A DNA stretch of 63,444 nucleotides, filler included, from Chrysochromulina tobinii (Eukaryota), in the NCBI GenBank assembly GCA_001275005.1. It is 13 parts of 13 records of this genome, joined end to end, with 100 filler letters (N's around TTAATTAATTAA, not from the genome) between each part and the next. Parts side by side here need not be neighbours in the genome. Positions count along the whole stretch, not along the records: positions 41,596 to 52,297 come from JWZX01000052.1; positions 52,398 to 56,254 come from JWZX01000053.1; 11 more parts are not named here. One strand, 5' to 3'. Of this stretch, positions 43,898-55,447 are shown one piece after another. The first letter of the stretch is position 1. Each line of letters starts with the position of its first letter. The position numbers and the translations under genes were made by a program. The notes below the pieces were generated by a model. The model was not told where the DNA came from and did no database searches. It saw only the letters and a list, made by a program, of their open reading frames with translations.

Positions 43898-44744
43898 AGT
43901 TGCATTAGAGTGGCAGCTGAAATGCACTAACCTTCAAGCTTCGCTTGTCTGAGTGGCATTTGATGACTAACCGGTGGCTGCATCTGAGTGCGACCCTTGC
44001 CGCCACCCTTGCCCGTTGCCTGCCAAGCCGAAGAAGGAGTCAACACAGATATCAATCATGTTGGCGTTCTCCTCTCGCCTTCATACCTGAAATTCGACTC
44101 CATGGTCCTTGACATGATGCACGCTGCCACCTCCGCCACGTCCCCAGTTATCGCAACGATATCCACGAGTGCCACCTCGGTTGCTACCTCGACCTCTATA
44201 ACCTCCGCCCTTGCCGCCTCCAAAGCCGACTGCTCCGCGGGAGGACATGGATTGCGTTCGGTGAGCGGCGGCGAGTTTAGTCGTACAATGATTCCCGAAA
44301 ATTAGCCCCCTGCAAGGGTTTCACAGGGGGTGGGCGAAACCCGAAACCCATGGGTTTCAGACCCAGGAGCCAAGAAAAAGTAACTCGTGTAACTCGTGCT
44401 CCTCGTTGTGATTTACGGGCAAGATGTTTTTGGTAAAAAGACACCGAGGGGAGCCGGAATCTATTTTAGCTCGGCAAAGTTGCCGAGTCTGGATTAAATC
44501 CTGTCTTCTAATCAGTTTCGGCGAAAAATGCTGAAGCTCTCGCACACCCACAGATCTATCCTTCGGGTCGTCGTCGAGCGGCGTCATGCGGCGCTCGGAG
44601 GTTGCCTCCAAAGCCGCCGAGTACCAGCGCGTCATCGACGGCCTCGCCGCAGCCGCATTAGCAGCCGCAGCTGAAGTGCCTGTCAGCGACAGCGACCACG
44701 GCGTCAAAGGACTTCGAGGATACGGTGCATGCGAGGCAGCTGAA

Positions 44745-44842
44745 GGCCTGTGCCTGCTATCTGGATGCACCGGCACGAGATAGAAGCCGTCTCGCAAGTC
44801 ATATTTGGCGAATCGTGAGCTCGGTTTGGAGTTCTTGGGCAT
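44745..44842 (-). pseudogene. Short reverse-transcriptase relic
   Basis: FAKYDLRDGFYLVPVHPDSR resembles RT motif A of DIRS/LTR elements. No other RT motifs are nearby. Confidence 0.55.
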
Positions 44843-45295
44843 GCTGCTGGGCGCTCGAGGCGTCTTTGTCGCGCCGATATGCAGCTCGGATGCAGCCGAG
44901 GGGTTTGCGAGCTCGGATGCGTCCGAGGGCGTTATTGGCTCGGAGGCGTCCGAGTGTGCTCAAGGCGACGCCGAGGGTGATCGCGGCGGCACGGGTGGTG
45001 ATCGCAGTGGCGCTGATCCGTTTGCCGGTTTGGCGACGACGGGTGTCGAGCCCGTGGGGGTCGAGGTGTGCACAGGGTGCGATATTGAGGCGCAAGATGC
45101 ACGTCGCCACGCGGCGCAGGTCATCCAGCAGCGGTGGCGAGGTGGCCGGCCGCGGACGATGGGCTTGACGAGTATCGAGCGCGGCTGGGTCGGGGTGAGA
45201 GCTCGCCAGCTTGGAGCTCTCTCGTGCTCGATGCTGCCGGCATCGGCTCGTAGAGAGCTGGCGGCGTGGCTGAGAGGCGCGACTTTGAACCACTC

Positions 45296-45683
45296 TGGCA
45301 CACACGCTGTCGCGTGAGCTTAGAAACGAGGCTCCTATCGGCGGTCAAACTCACTCAACACGTCCGGACAAGGTGCGGCAGCTCTTTGTCCCCACTGATT
45401 GACATAGTCCAGCCGTCGCCGGCCGCGGGCCGTGGCTGGCACGTCCTGCACACCACCACCACTTGCGCTGCCATTTCTGCGTACGACGATGGCAGCGCAC
45501 CCGCCACCCACGCCTAACCCCATCCCCGTGCTCCCGGACAGGTTCTGACGCATTGGTAGGCATCCTCGTGGGGGACAAGGAGGAGCCCAGCAGCAAGCGC
45601 GGCCACGGCGACGCGTGCGCGAGCGCTGGCGGCGTGCGGACGGCGACGCTCGCTAGCCGGCCCTTGAGAGAGGGCCGCGCGCC
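45296..45683 (+). repeat. Dispersed repeat, copy 2 (longer)
   Basis: Matches 41645-41845, with an extra ~200 bp (45335-45535). Confidence 0.88.
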
Positions 45684-45949
45684 CGCCGGGTCCCGCATTG
45701 CGGGAGTTCGAAAATTTTGTCGGATCTCGTTTCACACCGGCGTGCAACACGTCTCCCGTGGGGACTACAGGTCCTGCCCGGGGTCGCATACGGTGAGGCT
45801 CGGCCACGCACGAGCCGTCAACGGCTGACGAAACTCGGTTTCGTCAATGACGAAACTCGCGCGGCGGCCGAGCCCACCGTCATCAGGAGGTATTCATGCT
45901 AATCAAGAACTATGAACAACGACTCTGACCATCATAACCTCTTCGGCTT

Positions 45950-46163
45950 CCCAGCCCTCTTCCTCTATTTGGGGCACCGTCACCACGATCGCCCCTTGAA
46001 AAAGAGCGATATGGCCATCTGCTCGCTCTTCTTCTTTGTGCTGATGCCCTCGATGATGACTCTCGGTACTATTGGAGCCGTCTACGACATGATGGATGCC
46101 CTGCAGAAGACGACCACGGCAGGAATGCCGTTTGCGTGCGGGCCAACTCGGAGCCGTTTGTAA
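45950..46163 (+). pseudogene. Isolated C-terminal fragment resembling an amino-acid permease (AAAP)
   Basis: FGFPALFLY...TM helix...LGTIGAVYD...GMPFAC. No upstream exons are visible. Confidence 0.4.
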
Positions 46164-46918
46164 GATTCTCGCTCGGCTTCTCGGCCCATCTCAGGAAGTA
46201 GGAATCCATGCGCCGGGGGCCGGGGGCTATTTTCGATTCATCTCCGATCTCAGGATCGCACGCACACAGACATACAAACAACCACGATCACCGCCGTTTC
46301 GCACATCCACATGATCCGCGGATCCGGCGGAAGATTATTAACATCCGATCCTGTGGGGGGCAGATAGAATTTAGAGCAGCCTAAGACGCCGGCGGGCGGG
46401 CGGTGCACCGCGCACGCGCTCGCTCCTCTCGCGTCTCGTCTGCCCTCTGCGGTCTTGCCGGGTCCCCGGTCCCCAGAGAGAGAGAGTAATTATGCGCCTG
46501 TCACGCGGCCTCAGAGTCCTCACGGGTCGAACCGAAAACTTTTCGGCAGCTCGTCCCGGCCTTGGCCCGCCCCGCCCACCTCAGCCTCGCCGCCGCCACC
46601 TCTCATCCTGTATCGGATGCATGCCGTACCCGATCCAGCTGACTAGTGTTGAAATCGCACCTTGCAGAGCGAAAGTGTGACGGTCGAGCTCGACGACATT
46701 TTGATCCGCGCGGCCAATCAGCCAATTAGCGCAGCCCATTAGGATGGCCAATTAGGACGGCCAATCAGCACGGCGAGGGTGTAAGGCTTCGAGAAACTGC
46801 CTCGACTGTGCCGAGATGCCGGAGACACTTCAGCATCGAGTGGCATGCACGTCTCGTGGGCATGCAGGCAATCTAAAAAGCGGCTATAATACGTATGGCC
46901 AGAGAAACCACCAGGCAA

Positions 46919-49117
46919 TCATGGGCTGCCAGCCTTCCACTTCCCCTTCCGGTGGACGGGCATCGGCAGCCCGAGGTGCTTGACGAGGCGCTCAGCCTCC
47001 TCGAGCGTGATCATCTTCACCGCCTTGCCGTCCTGCAGCTGCCCTGCGGCCCGCCCGTCGGGAGTCCAGATAATGCCCTCGCCCACACGTGTGCCTGCCC
47101 TGTAGAACCCCACCTCGATGCGGCCGTCGGCAAACAGGTACGTCCCTTTCCCGTCCCTCTTGCCAGCCTTCCACTCGCCCTCATACACGTCGCCGCTGAC
47201 CCACCGGTAGATGCCGCGCCCCTCCTGCTTAGGGTTGCCAGCCTTCCACTCGCCCTCGTACACGTCGCCACTGGCCCACCGGAAGATGCCGCGCCCCTCC
47301 TGCTTGTCAGCCTTGTACTCGCCCTCGTACACGTCGCCGTCGGCCCACCGGTTGACGCCGCGCCCGTCCTTCTTGCCAGCCTTCCACTCGCCGTCATACA
47401 CGTCGCCGCTGGCCCACCGGTAAATGCCGTGCCCCTCCCTCTCGTCAGCCTTCCACTCGCCCTTCGTACACGTTGCCGTCGGCCCACCGGAGGATGCCGG
47501 GCCCCTCCTTCTTGTCGGCCTTGTATTCGCCCTTATATACGTCACCGTTGGCATACAGGTAGATGCCGCGTCCCTCCTTCTTGCCAGCCTTCCACTCGCC
47601 CTCATACACGTCACCATCGGCAAACATGTACTTACCGCGTCCCTCATACTGCGCGGCCGCATTTTTCTCGCCGATGTACTCCCCCGCCACCCCTTCGCCT
47701 GAGTACACCATCGCGTTATTAATCTTGGTGATGTAGTCATTGAAAAGCCGCACGACGGTGCCGCGATCGCCCTCGCTCGAGAAAAAGGCTGACATGATGC
47801 TCGAGCGCACGCGCTCGATCCGCGGGCCCATACCCTCGCTGCCGCCGTACTGCTCGCGCGCCGCCTCGGGCGCCGCGCCGTCGATCTCGACCAGCTTGGG
47901 AGGGCGCCGCCTCGGGCGCCGCGCCATCGATCTCGACCAGCTTGGGAGGGCGCCGCCTCGGGCGCCGCGCCGTCGATCTCGACCAGCTTGGGAGGCAGCC
48001 GATCGAGGATCGGCTTCAGCCCCGTATAGTAGGCGCCACGCGAGACCCCTTCGGTAGCCACTCCGGTCTCACAGCACGTCCACCCACGCGCTTCGTACGG
48101 GCGCGGGACGTGGAATGTCTGCAGGCGCTTGGCGCCCTTGACAATGGAGAGCCCGGCCGCCGATGCGCGCTCCGCATCCGCGTGCGACTTGAAGTGAGCG
48201 CGCCAGCGGCCCTTATCATCCCGGGACACGCGTTCGATCTCCCCATACTTTCCCAGCCCAGTGCGCACATCTTGCTCAGCCACAGCTTCGCCGTAAACCA
48301 CAACGTCCCCGTCGAGAGACTTCGGGCGCGCGGGGACTCGGCGATGGCGGATGACGGTGGTGGAGAAAACAGACGCATACGTCAGCGCCATCACGTCGAG
48401 GGCTTCGACGAACAACTTGTCTTCGCTCCCGGTGCGCGGCACCTGCGGCAGGCAGGGGCAATCCCAAAAGACGGCTTCCACGTGGCTGCCCAGGTCGCTC
48501 TGTAGGTAGCGGAGCACTGCGCTCAGGTACTCGCCCGAGGGGTCGTCCCCGTCGGGGGTGTCCCAACAGTAGGTCAGCGAAGCGACAGCGCGCGCGTTGC
48601 TGCGGTGCACCTCAATCGAGCGCTCGGGTGACAAGAAGAATTGAACTCCGCGCTCGCGCTCGAGTCTTTCGAGGTCCTGCCGGCGCATGACTTTCCCGAT
48701 GGTGCCATCGCGGATGCGATTGGCGTCGATGAACTTGACGGCGGTCGAGCGGAGCGCGGCAACGAGGGGCTCATCGAGCGCCACGAGCAACGTAATGGCC
48801 TTGTGTTCGCCGAGTTGCACAGACGCCCTCTTCTTCGATGGAATTGCCTGCACCTCGGGAGCACTCTTGTTGAAGATCTTCGCGTACTTGTCCTTCAAGG
48901 TGGCGGCGGGCGGCAGATCGAAGCCCGCGGCGGGCATACAGAGGCCGCAGCAGCGGAAGAGCAGCACGATGACTGCCCCAATCAAGCAGAGCAGGGGCAG
49001 GACGCACGTGGCCAGCGCGACCCAGTCGTCGTAGGACATGACGCTAATGACCGTTTTCGTTTCCGCGGGCACGTATGTGTCGTAGGGCATGGACACGTGG
49101 CCTGGGGTGATGTGCAT
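46919..49117 (-). pseudogene. TM + HET-like domain + MORN repeats, with two frameshifts that cancel each other
   Basis: SLTYCW...DDPSG, AVFWDCPCLPQ, PYEARGWTCCE. MORN units YEGEWKAGK..GRG.Y.WA.GDV lie in two different frames. There is a 92-nt excess at 47858-47995 and a 1-nt excess near 47462. Confidence 0.7.
47858..47995. repeat. 46-bp coding segment triplicated in tandem
   Basis: Copies at 47858, 47904 and 47950, with one substitution in the middle copy. Confidence 0.92.
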
Positions 49118-49281
49118 GCCGCTACTATAGTATCCCTATCGAAGAGCCTAACGAGACCGACAGCGGGCGTATTGTATGTCAGCCCCAGCACAGCCTCTTG
49201 TTCTGCCCATAACCGGCCGGCAAGAGGGGCGGGAAGAGCACACAGGATGAGAGCGAAAGTCCGCAAGCGCCGTTCGCAGCC

Positions 49282-49325
49282 AGTCAAGTCAAGTCAAGTC
49301 AAGTCAAGTCAAGTCAAGTCAAGTC
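49282..49325. repeat. (CAAGT) x about 9 microsatellite
   Basis: Direct reading. Confidence 0.92.
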
Positions 49326-49707
49326 CTTTCTGAACAACAGACAACCTTGGGTAACGGAAGCAATCGCTTGTACTGTTCTGTTTTTGTTGCGGGTCGGGGA
49401 AGGCATGTCAAGACAAGATGTGTCAAGTCCGCCTCCTGAAACCGGCTCCCACAGTCTCCCCACAGGGGAAGTTGTGTGGTTTTACATGCAAGATGAGGCG
49501 ACGACCTCCCTGTCGTGTGACGATAAATCGCTTGGCGCAAAACCCCGGATATATGCGAGCAACCGAAACTTGGGCGAAACGGCGGCCAATCGGACTTTCG
49601 CTCTTCCTCCTGGACTGCTGGTGCGGCAGCTGGGTCTTCGACTGTGGCTAGGACGCGGTGCTTCCCCGACCTGAAACCTTGCCGAAGAACCCAGCGGAAG
49701 GTCCGGC

Positions 49708-51396
49708 ATGGGTTGTGGCGGCTCCAAGCCGAAGCCGAGACAGGCACGCGACGACCCGCCATTGCGGGCACCGTCACTAAAGCACGTACCGCAGCAGGCG
49801 GTCAGCGCCTCGTCCACAAGAAGCTCGCAGGCCTCCGGGAGGCCTAAGTTAGCGTCCGCAGCCTCCACCTGCAGGAGAAGCATCTCATGGGGAATGAGAT
49901 CTAGTAGGTCGCCGAAGGTGGAACCGCCGCCACCGCCAGAAAAGGTCGCCGCTGCGGTACGCATCGAGTCGCGGTGGCGTCGGCTGCGCTGTATGCGCCG
50001 CTTCCGCACCCTTGTGCGTGATGCGGCTGCGCGGCGGCCGGTGCCGTCCCCGCCTTGGCCAGGGCCGCGCTCTATCCCAGTGCTCGCAGGTTTAGGTGTG
50101 TGCGCTGTACTTGCGGCAATCTGGCTGCTCATGGGCAATTCAACCGCTGCCGCACTGCTGCCACGACCACCACTGCCGACACTGCCGCCACCGCCGCCAC
50201 CGCATGCAGTGAGAGCTCAGAGAGCTCGACCGTCACCGCCACCACCGTCACCGCCACCACCGCCACCACCGCCACCGCCATACCTGATGCTGGCGATTGG
50301 CTTCCTTTTGGCGATCGGGTTTGCTGTCAACCCACAAGTTGCAGAGCGGCTCCTCGGTGCTGGTCCCCCTCACGACCCCGAGCGGCGCGCGCGTCGTCGT
50401 GAGCGGATCGTGCACTCACCGGCCCGGCTGCAAGCGGGCATGTCTGGGACAGCGTCGTTGCAAGACATAGAAGACGTGTTGTCAACGAGCTATGTTAAGA
50501 GTGCCCCGCTGCAGGCGGCCGAGTTGGCTGAGGCACAGGGTGACCGGCGCATCCAAGCACAGCCTGCAATTGTCGTCGTGGCGCGTGTTCGTCACCAGCG
50601 ATGCAACGTGCTCATCTTCGCCAATGTGGCTCCAGCCTTGCAAGCCATCTCTCGCCTCGGCGGCGACACGACGAAGCCGGAGCCGAGGCCGCTGCGCCGA
50701 CTCGACGACATGGCGTTTGAGGATGCGCGCGACCTCTGTGACATGTGGGAGGAGCCACCCTGGGCTGGCGGTGGGCCAGTGGTGGGAGGAGCCATGGCTC
50801 CAACTTCGACGGCCGCCCAACGATGGCTCAGCGGTGGCAGCCCCTCGCCCGACGACAGCTCGAGCGTGGAGTCGAGCGTCTTCGGGCGCTCGCCCGAGCT
50901 TCTGCCGCACATTGGCTCGAACCTCTTTACGACACCCTTTCCTTATTCTGACGGGGGTACGGCGAGAGGTGCCTACGAGCCGTTCACAACGGATCAGCCG
51001 TTCGCAGCGGACCGGGCGCAGGCTCGCAGGCGGCAGGAGCTCGAGGAGCCGAAGAATGCAAGCCTCGTCGCCGCCGCCTCCGACTTCGCCGCGCGGCTCC
51101 AATACAGCGCGAGCTACACCGGCTCCGAGCATGCCGCCGCTGCCGCCTGCTGCGCGGCCGCGGCGGCACGTGCCTGCTCGCGCTCAGCGGCGATGAGGGC
51201 AGCAGCCATGAGCGGCCACGCGCCACAGGACTTGTACGTCTACTCGCCTCCACAGGACGCCAAGCGGAAGCCGGAGCTCACCTTGAACGCTACGTGGCGT
51301 CAGACCCTCGCTGGATTGAAGGGTCCTTGGAATGCGCGCAGTTCTCAAACCAATCCGACCTCAGCGGCGAATCAGCAGATGAAGCACCTGGTATAA
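49708..51396 (+). CDS. Hypothetical protein with Pro-rich and possible TM segments
   Basis: 562-aa ORF starting MGCGGSK (myristoylation-like). No recognised domain. Confidence 0.4.
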   Translation: MGCGGSKPKPRQARDDPPLRAPSLKHVPQQAVSASSTRSSQASGRPKLASAASTCRRSISWGMRSSRSPKVEPPPPPEKVAAAVRIESRWRRLRCMRRFRTLVRDAAARRPVPSPPWPGPRSIPVLAGLGVCAVLAAIWLLMGNSTAAALLPRPPLPTLPPPPPPHAVRAQRARPSPPPPSPPPPPPPPPPYLMLAIGFLLAIGFAVNPQVAERLLGAGPPHDPERRARRRERIVHSPARLQAGMSGTASLQDIEDVLSTSYVKSAPLQAAELAEAQGDRRIQAQPAIVVVARVRHQRCNVLIFANVAPALQAISRLGGDTTKPEPRPLRRLDDMAFEDARDLCDMWEEPPWAGGGPVVGGAMAPTSTAAQRWLSGGSPSPDDSSSVESSVFGRSPELLPHIGSNLFTTPFPYSDGGTARGAYEPFTTDQPFAADRAQARRRQELEEPKNASLVAAASDFAARLQYSASYTGSEHAAAAACCAAAAARACSRSAAMRAAAMSGHAPQDLYVYSPPQDAKRKPELTLNATWRQTLAGLKGPWNARSSQTNPTSAANQQMKHLV

Positions 51397-51641
51397 CGAT
51401 CGAATGGGGTACGACGTCGACGAGGGTGTGTAACGTTGTGTAACGGGTGCGCGCTGCCGCGGAGCGCGGGTTCCCGGGCGGAGGGATCCCGCACGGCTAC
51501 CGGATGTTGAATTCTAACGCGGATAATACGTCTCTAAAAGTATCACTAAGCGTGCCGTACGGCCCACACGCAGGCGGGGCGCGGCATGTGCGGCCCACCC
51601 CACCCACAAACAGCCAAGCGGCGTGCGTCTCAACTCGCGTC

Positions 51642-52297
51642 TCAACTAGGACGCTGCACCACCCCCACAGGACAGACTGTGTAGTTGCGCCCGCCGAGTC
51701 TCGCGTAGTCGACCGCCTCACCCACCTCGACGGCAACGCGCGCCTGCGGTGGACCGAGCTCCCAGTCGCGATAGACAGCAGCACGCGCAAAGAGGGCTTT
51801 GGGTGCAAAGCGCTTCGCGAACCGCTCATGCGCCTGCTGCTGCACGCGACGCCAGTCGGAGGCCACCAGACCCTCGTATGCGGCAGCGAGCTCGTCGACG
51901 CCGACAAACGTCATCATGCCCGCGTACTCGCGCTCATCGAGGCAATGGGCGCGCTCGGAGAGGAGAAGCTTGCGCTGGTTGAGCAGTACCGCGCACCGAA
52001 AAGTCACGGGCTGGCGTGTGTTGCAGAACTTGTGCAAGTTGAGAAAGATCTCCGCATGGGCCATCAGGTGATCGAAGGCGCTCGCGTTCCACACGTCGTA
52101 CCGCTGCACGAGCCTTGGACCGAGGTGCTTCTTGAGGCGCATGTAGCATGCGCGCCGCTGCCCGTGCACGCGGTCGAGCAGCCCGAAGAAGACGAGCGCG
52201 AGCCGCGGATCATTGTGGCCACTGACGCCGCTGCTGCTGCCAGCGCTACCGCTAATGCCGCCGCTGTCGCTGCCGTTGCTGCCGCCGTTGCTGCCGC
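51642..52297 (-). CDS. 5'-partial protein, possibly a GT-B glycosyltransferase-like C-terminal domain
   Basis: LFFG...RRACY...EIFLNLHK...FRCAVLL...LLLSE pattern. Confidence 0.45.
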
Positions 52298-53383
52298 NNN
52301 NNNNNNNNNNNNNNNNNNNNNNNNNNNNNNNNNNNNNNNNNTTAATTAATTAANNNNNNNNNNNNNNNNNNNNNNNNNNNNNNNNNNNNNNNNNNNNCCG
52401 ACTCTCGCAGAATGGCGGTCACCATCACGAATGACCAGACAGACGAGCATCTCCTTCAAAGATTCTCTCGAGCACCCTCTTGAAGTCTCGCAGCATGGAA
52501 GCTTCCCCACGCTGCGCGCGCATGACAAATCACGAACATCAAACGAATCCGGAGCCCTGCACGGCCACCTTGACTTGCCGTGCAGTGCTCGCTGACTATG
52601 CGCGAAGCGCCTGCCCGAAAACCATCAGATTCCCTAAGACACTCGCCACTCCGCTTGTCACCTCAGCAGCCTCAGCCAGCGCACGCCCGAGCTCAGCCCA
52701 GGTGGCCTGTTCTCGAGCCGACGACGTATGTGTGAATCGACAAAAACTTCGCGAAGTCTTTTCCTTGATGAATTTTGAGGAATTCTGATTGACACCTGCC
52801 ACCTTTGATTTGACTTGATAGTCCATCAATACCCCCTCTACAGAGAGTCGCCTTGACTATAATCAGGCTCGCAACTCTCAAAACAAAGCAAAACAAAGCA
52901 AACAACCAAGAACGTCACCACCTTCCCCACAGGGGGAGAGTGGGACCACCCCCCTCTACGGGGGCGGCCGCGACGTCCAACACCGCCACACAGCAAAGAA
53001 AACGAAACCTCCCAACCCACCCCCCGTCGGAAAAGCGGGGTTCGAGGTGTGGGTTCTTACTAAGGGGGGTCTAGTTAGTGTGCACCACAGCAGACAGTTC
53101 TGTACCGTAGTACACGTCCATCCATTGGGGAGGTACGCTGAACCCTAGGGTGCGTGCGTGTATAGGTATGGTCCGGTCACCAAAAGCAAACTTTTCTATA
53201 CGGTTTACAGAGACGTTTCCCACCAGTCACCACGCCCGCACGACGACCATTATTATACTACTAGTTTTCTAAGGCGACTGCAAGTCTTCACAATCGTGGA
53301 AAATCGTCCGCACCCGGGGGGCTCAGTGTGAAGCTCATCCGATCGGTGGCGATCGACGCATCCTCGCCTTCGAAGCCATCTCG

Positions 53384-54934
53384 TCAACCTTCTTCGCCTT
53401 CCTGCTCCTCATCCGCGCCTTCCTCCTCCTCGTCGTCGTCCTCCTCGTCCTCGCCTTCCTCCTCATCGCTCTCGACACTCTCTCCTCCTCCTCCTTGGAC
53501 TGCTGCTCTCTTCGCAAGCTCCTGATCCAACCATTCCGCTGCCAACCTCGCTACTGGCGGCTCAACCGTTTGGGATGAAGTGTCCGAGGCAGTCAAGGCG
53601 ACGGCCACTGCTGCGCCCTTGAGTGTCCGCTCAAAAGCGGTGTGATCGAGCCCATACGCAAGCACTCTGGAGACCAATGCATCTTTCAGACCCGCCGCTT
53701 CGTTGCCATACTTCAACTCACCCTGTATGTTGTGACGGTATGCCAATTGATAGCATGCGGCAAGGAGTTCCCATGCGCGCACCCTGCAGCTTGCTGGCCA
53801 GAGTGAATGAGACGCCGCATGCCACGGCATGCAAGCCGCAGCTACCAACTGAGCGGCCTCGTACCCGGCCGTCCCTGGTCCGCGCTGCAAACTGCAAAAG
53901 GCACGCGATTGAAGGAATGCGTCCTGCACTCGGCCACCCGCGCGAAGCAGGGCCTTGCATTGCGAGGCGGAAAGGAGCTCGAGATAGTGCAACGGCGACG
54001 TATGGTCGCGTGTGCGGCGAAGCCAACGGCAGACAGTAGGGTAGCCAGCCGACACTTGAATGGCTGTCGGAGCACCTGCCAGCTCTCGGTTGGCACCATG
54101 CAAACAAAGCTCCTGCACGTTGAGCAGATGGCCATTACCAGCCGCTAAGAGAAGCGGCGTGTTGCCCATGCCATCCGTTTGGTCTATGTCGGCGCCCACT
54201 TGTAGGAGGAACCGCATGCAGCGGACGTAGTTGCGCTCCGAGTTGGCATTATCGGGATCGCGCAGCATTTCCCTAGCAACGACATGCAAGGGCGTCCATC
54301 CATCTGCATCCACCGCCACCAGGCTGGCTGCTAGCCCGAGCTCATGCAGCGCATGCAAACAGGGCACGTGCCCTAACAGAACAGCATAATGCGCAGGCGT
54401 CGCTCCATTTGCAGCCGCCGCCGACAGGCTGGCTGCCGCCCCGAGCTCATGCAGCGCATGCAAACAGGGCACGTGCCCTCCCGTAGCAGCGTGATGCGCG
54501 GGCGTCGCTCCCTCTGCAGCCGCCGCCGACAGGCTGGCCGCGGCCCCGAGCTCATGCAGCGCATGCAAACAGGGCACGTGCCCTCCCAGAGCAGCTTCAT
54601 GCGCGGGCGTCGTTCCATTTGCATCCGCGGCCGACAGGCTGGCCGCCGCCCCGAGCTCATGCAGCGCATGCAAACAGGGCACGTGCCCTCCCTCAGCTGC
54701 AAGATGCGCGGGCATCCTTCCAGCTACATCCGCCGCCGACAGGCTGGCCGCCGCCCCGAGCTCATGCAGCGCACGCAACCTGCGAACGTGCCCTTCCCTA
54801 GCAGCGAGATGCGCGGGCATCCTTCCATCTGCATCCACCATCATGAGGTTCGCAAGCGCAAGACCGCGAAAACTGTCGTCACTTCCTCGAAGTGCAGCAT
54901 CGTGTGCTGGAGCTTCGCGTGGAGGAGTTTGCAT
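53384..54934 (-). CDS. Ankyrin-repeat protein with five near-identical 35-aa (105-bp) repeats and an acidic tail
   Basis: Repeats of G.TPAH.AA.GGHVPCLHALHELGAAASLSAA, followed by GWTPLH and GNTPLLLAAGNGH. Confidence 0.88.
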   Translation of the reverse strand: MQTPPREAPAHDAALRGSDDSFRGLALANLMMVDADGRMPAHLAAREGHVRRLRALHELGAAASLSAADVAGRMPAHLAAEGGHVPCLHALHELGAAASLSAADANGTTPAHEAALGGHVPCLHALHELGAAASLSAAAAEGATPAHHAATGGHVPCLHALHELGAAASLSAAAANGATPAHYAVLLGHVPCLHALHELGLAASLVAVDADGWTPLHVVAREMLRDPDNANSERNYVRCMRFLLQVGADIDQTDGMGNTPLLLAAGNGHLLNVQELCLHGANRELAGAPTAIQVSAGYPTVCRWLRRTRDHTSPLHYLELLSASQCKALLRAGGRVQDAFLQSRAFCSLQRGPGTAGYEAAQLVAAACMPWHAASHSLWPASCRVRAWELLAACYQLAYRHNIQGELKYGNEAAGLKDALVSRVLAYGLDHTAFERTLKGAAVAVALTASDTSSQTVEPPVARLAAEWLDQELAKRAAVQGGGGESVESDEEEGEDEEDDDEEEEGADEEQEGEEG

Positions 54935-55447
54935 CTATCTTGAAAGGTCGCCCTCGCGGCAGCAAGTGGTTCTCGCGGCAATCTCGTCGATTCGCAAGAC
55001 CGAACTGCAAGTATGCGAATTTGGCATGAGATCAGTGCCCGACCGCCGGCGCATCCTGCTCGTCGACATGCTCGTCGAGCTGGTGCGCCTTCCACACATA
55101 ATAAATAAGGAAAATAACGATAGGATCGTAATCGTCAATCTTCACGACGAGCCAAACACTTTACAGACATTCAGATTCACATCCGTCACCTTAAATAACC
55201 GAGAACCACACTGCACACACACACACCGCACGATCGAGTCGGCAAGTTATCTTATCGAGGGAGAAGAGCGTGAACAAGCTCCTCTCGTGAACGCTTACGT
55301 GATCAGAGAGTGCATGGATGGCGGCGAAGCGCCGCCACGCTCGCGCCGCCCTGCGCGTAGCAAAACGAAAGAATGAGGGCGGCGATCTCCTCGAGATCGC
55401 ACGGCGATCTCACGGTCGCATCGAGGGCGGCGATCGGGTGCGCGCTC

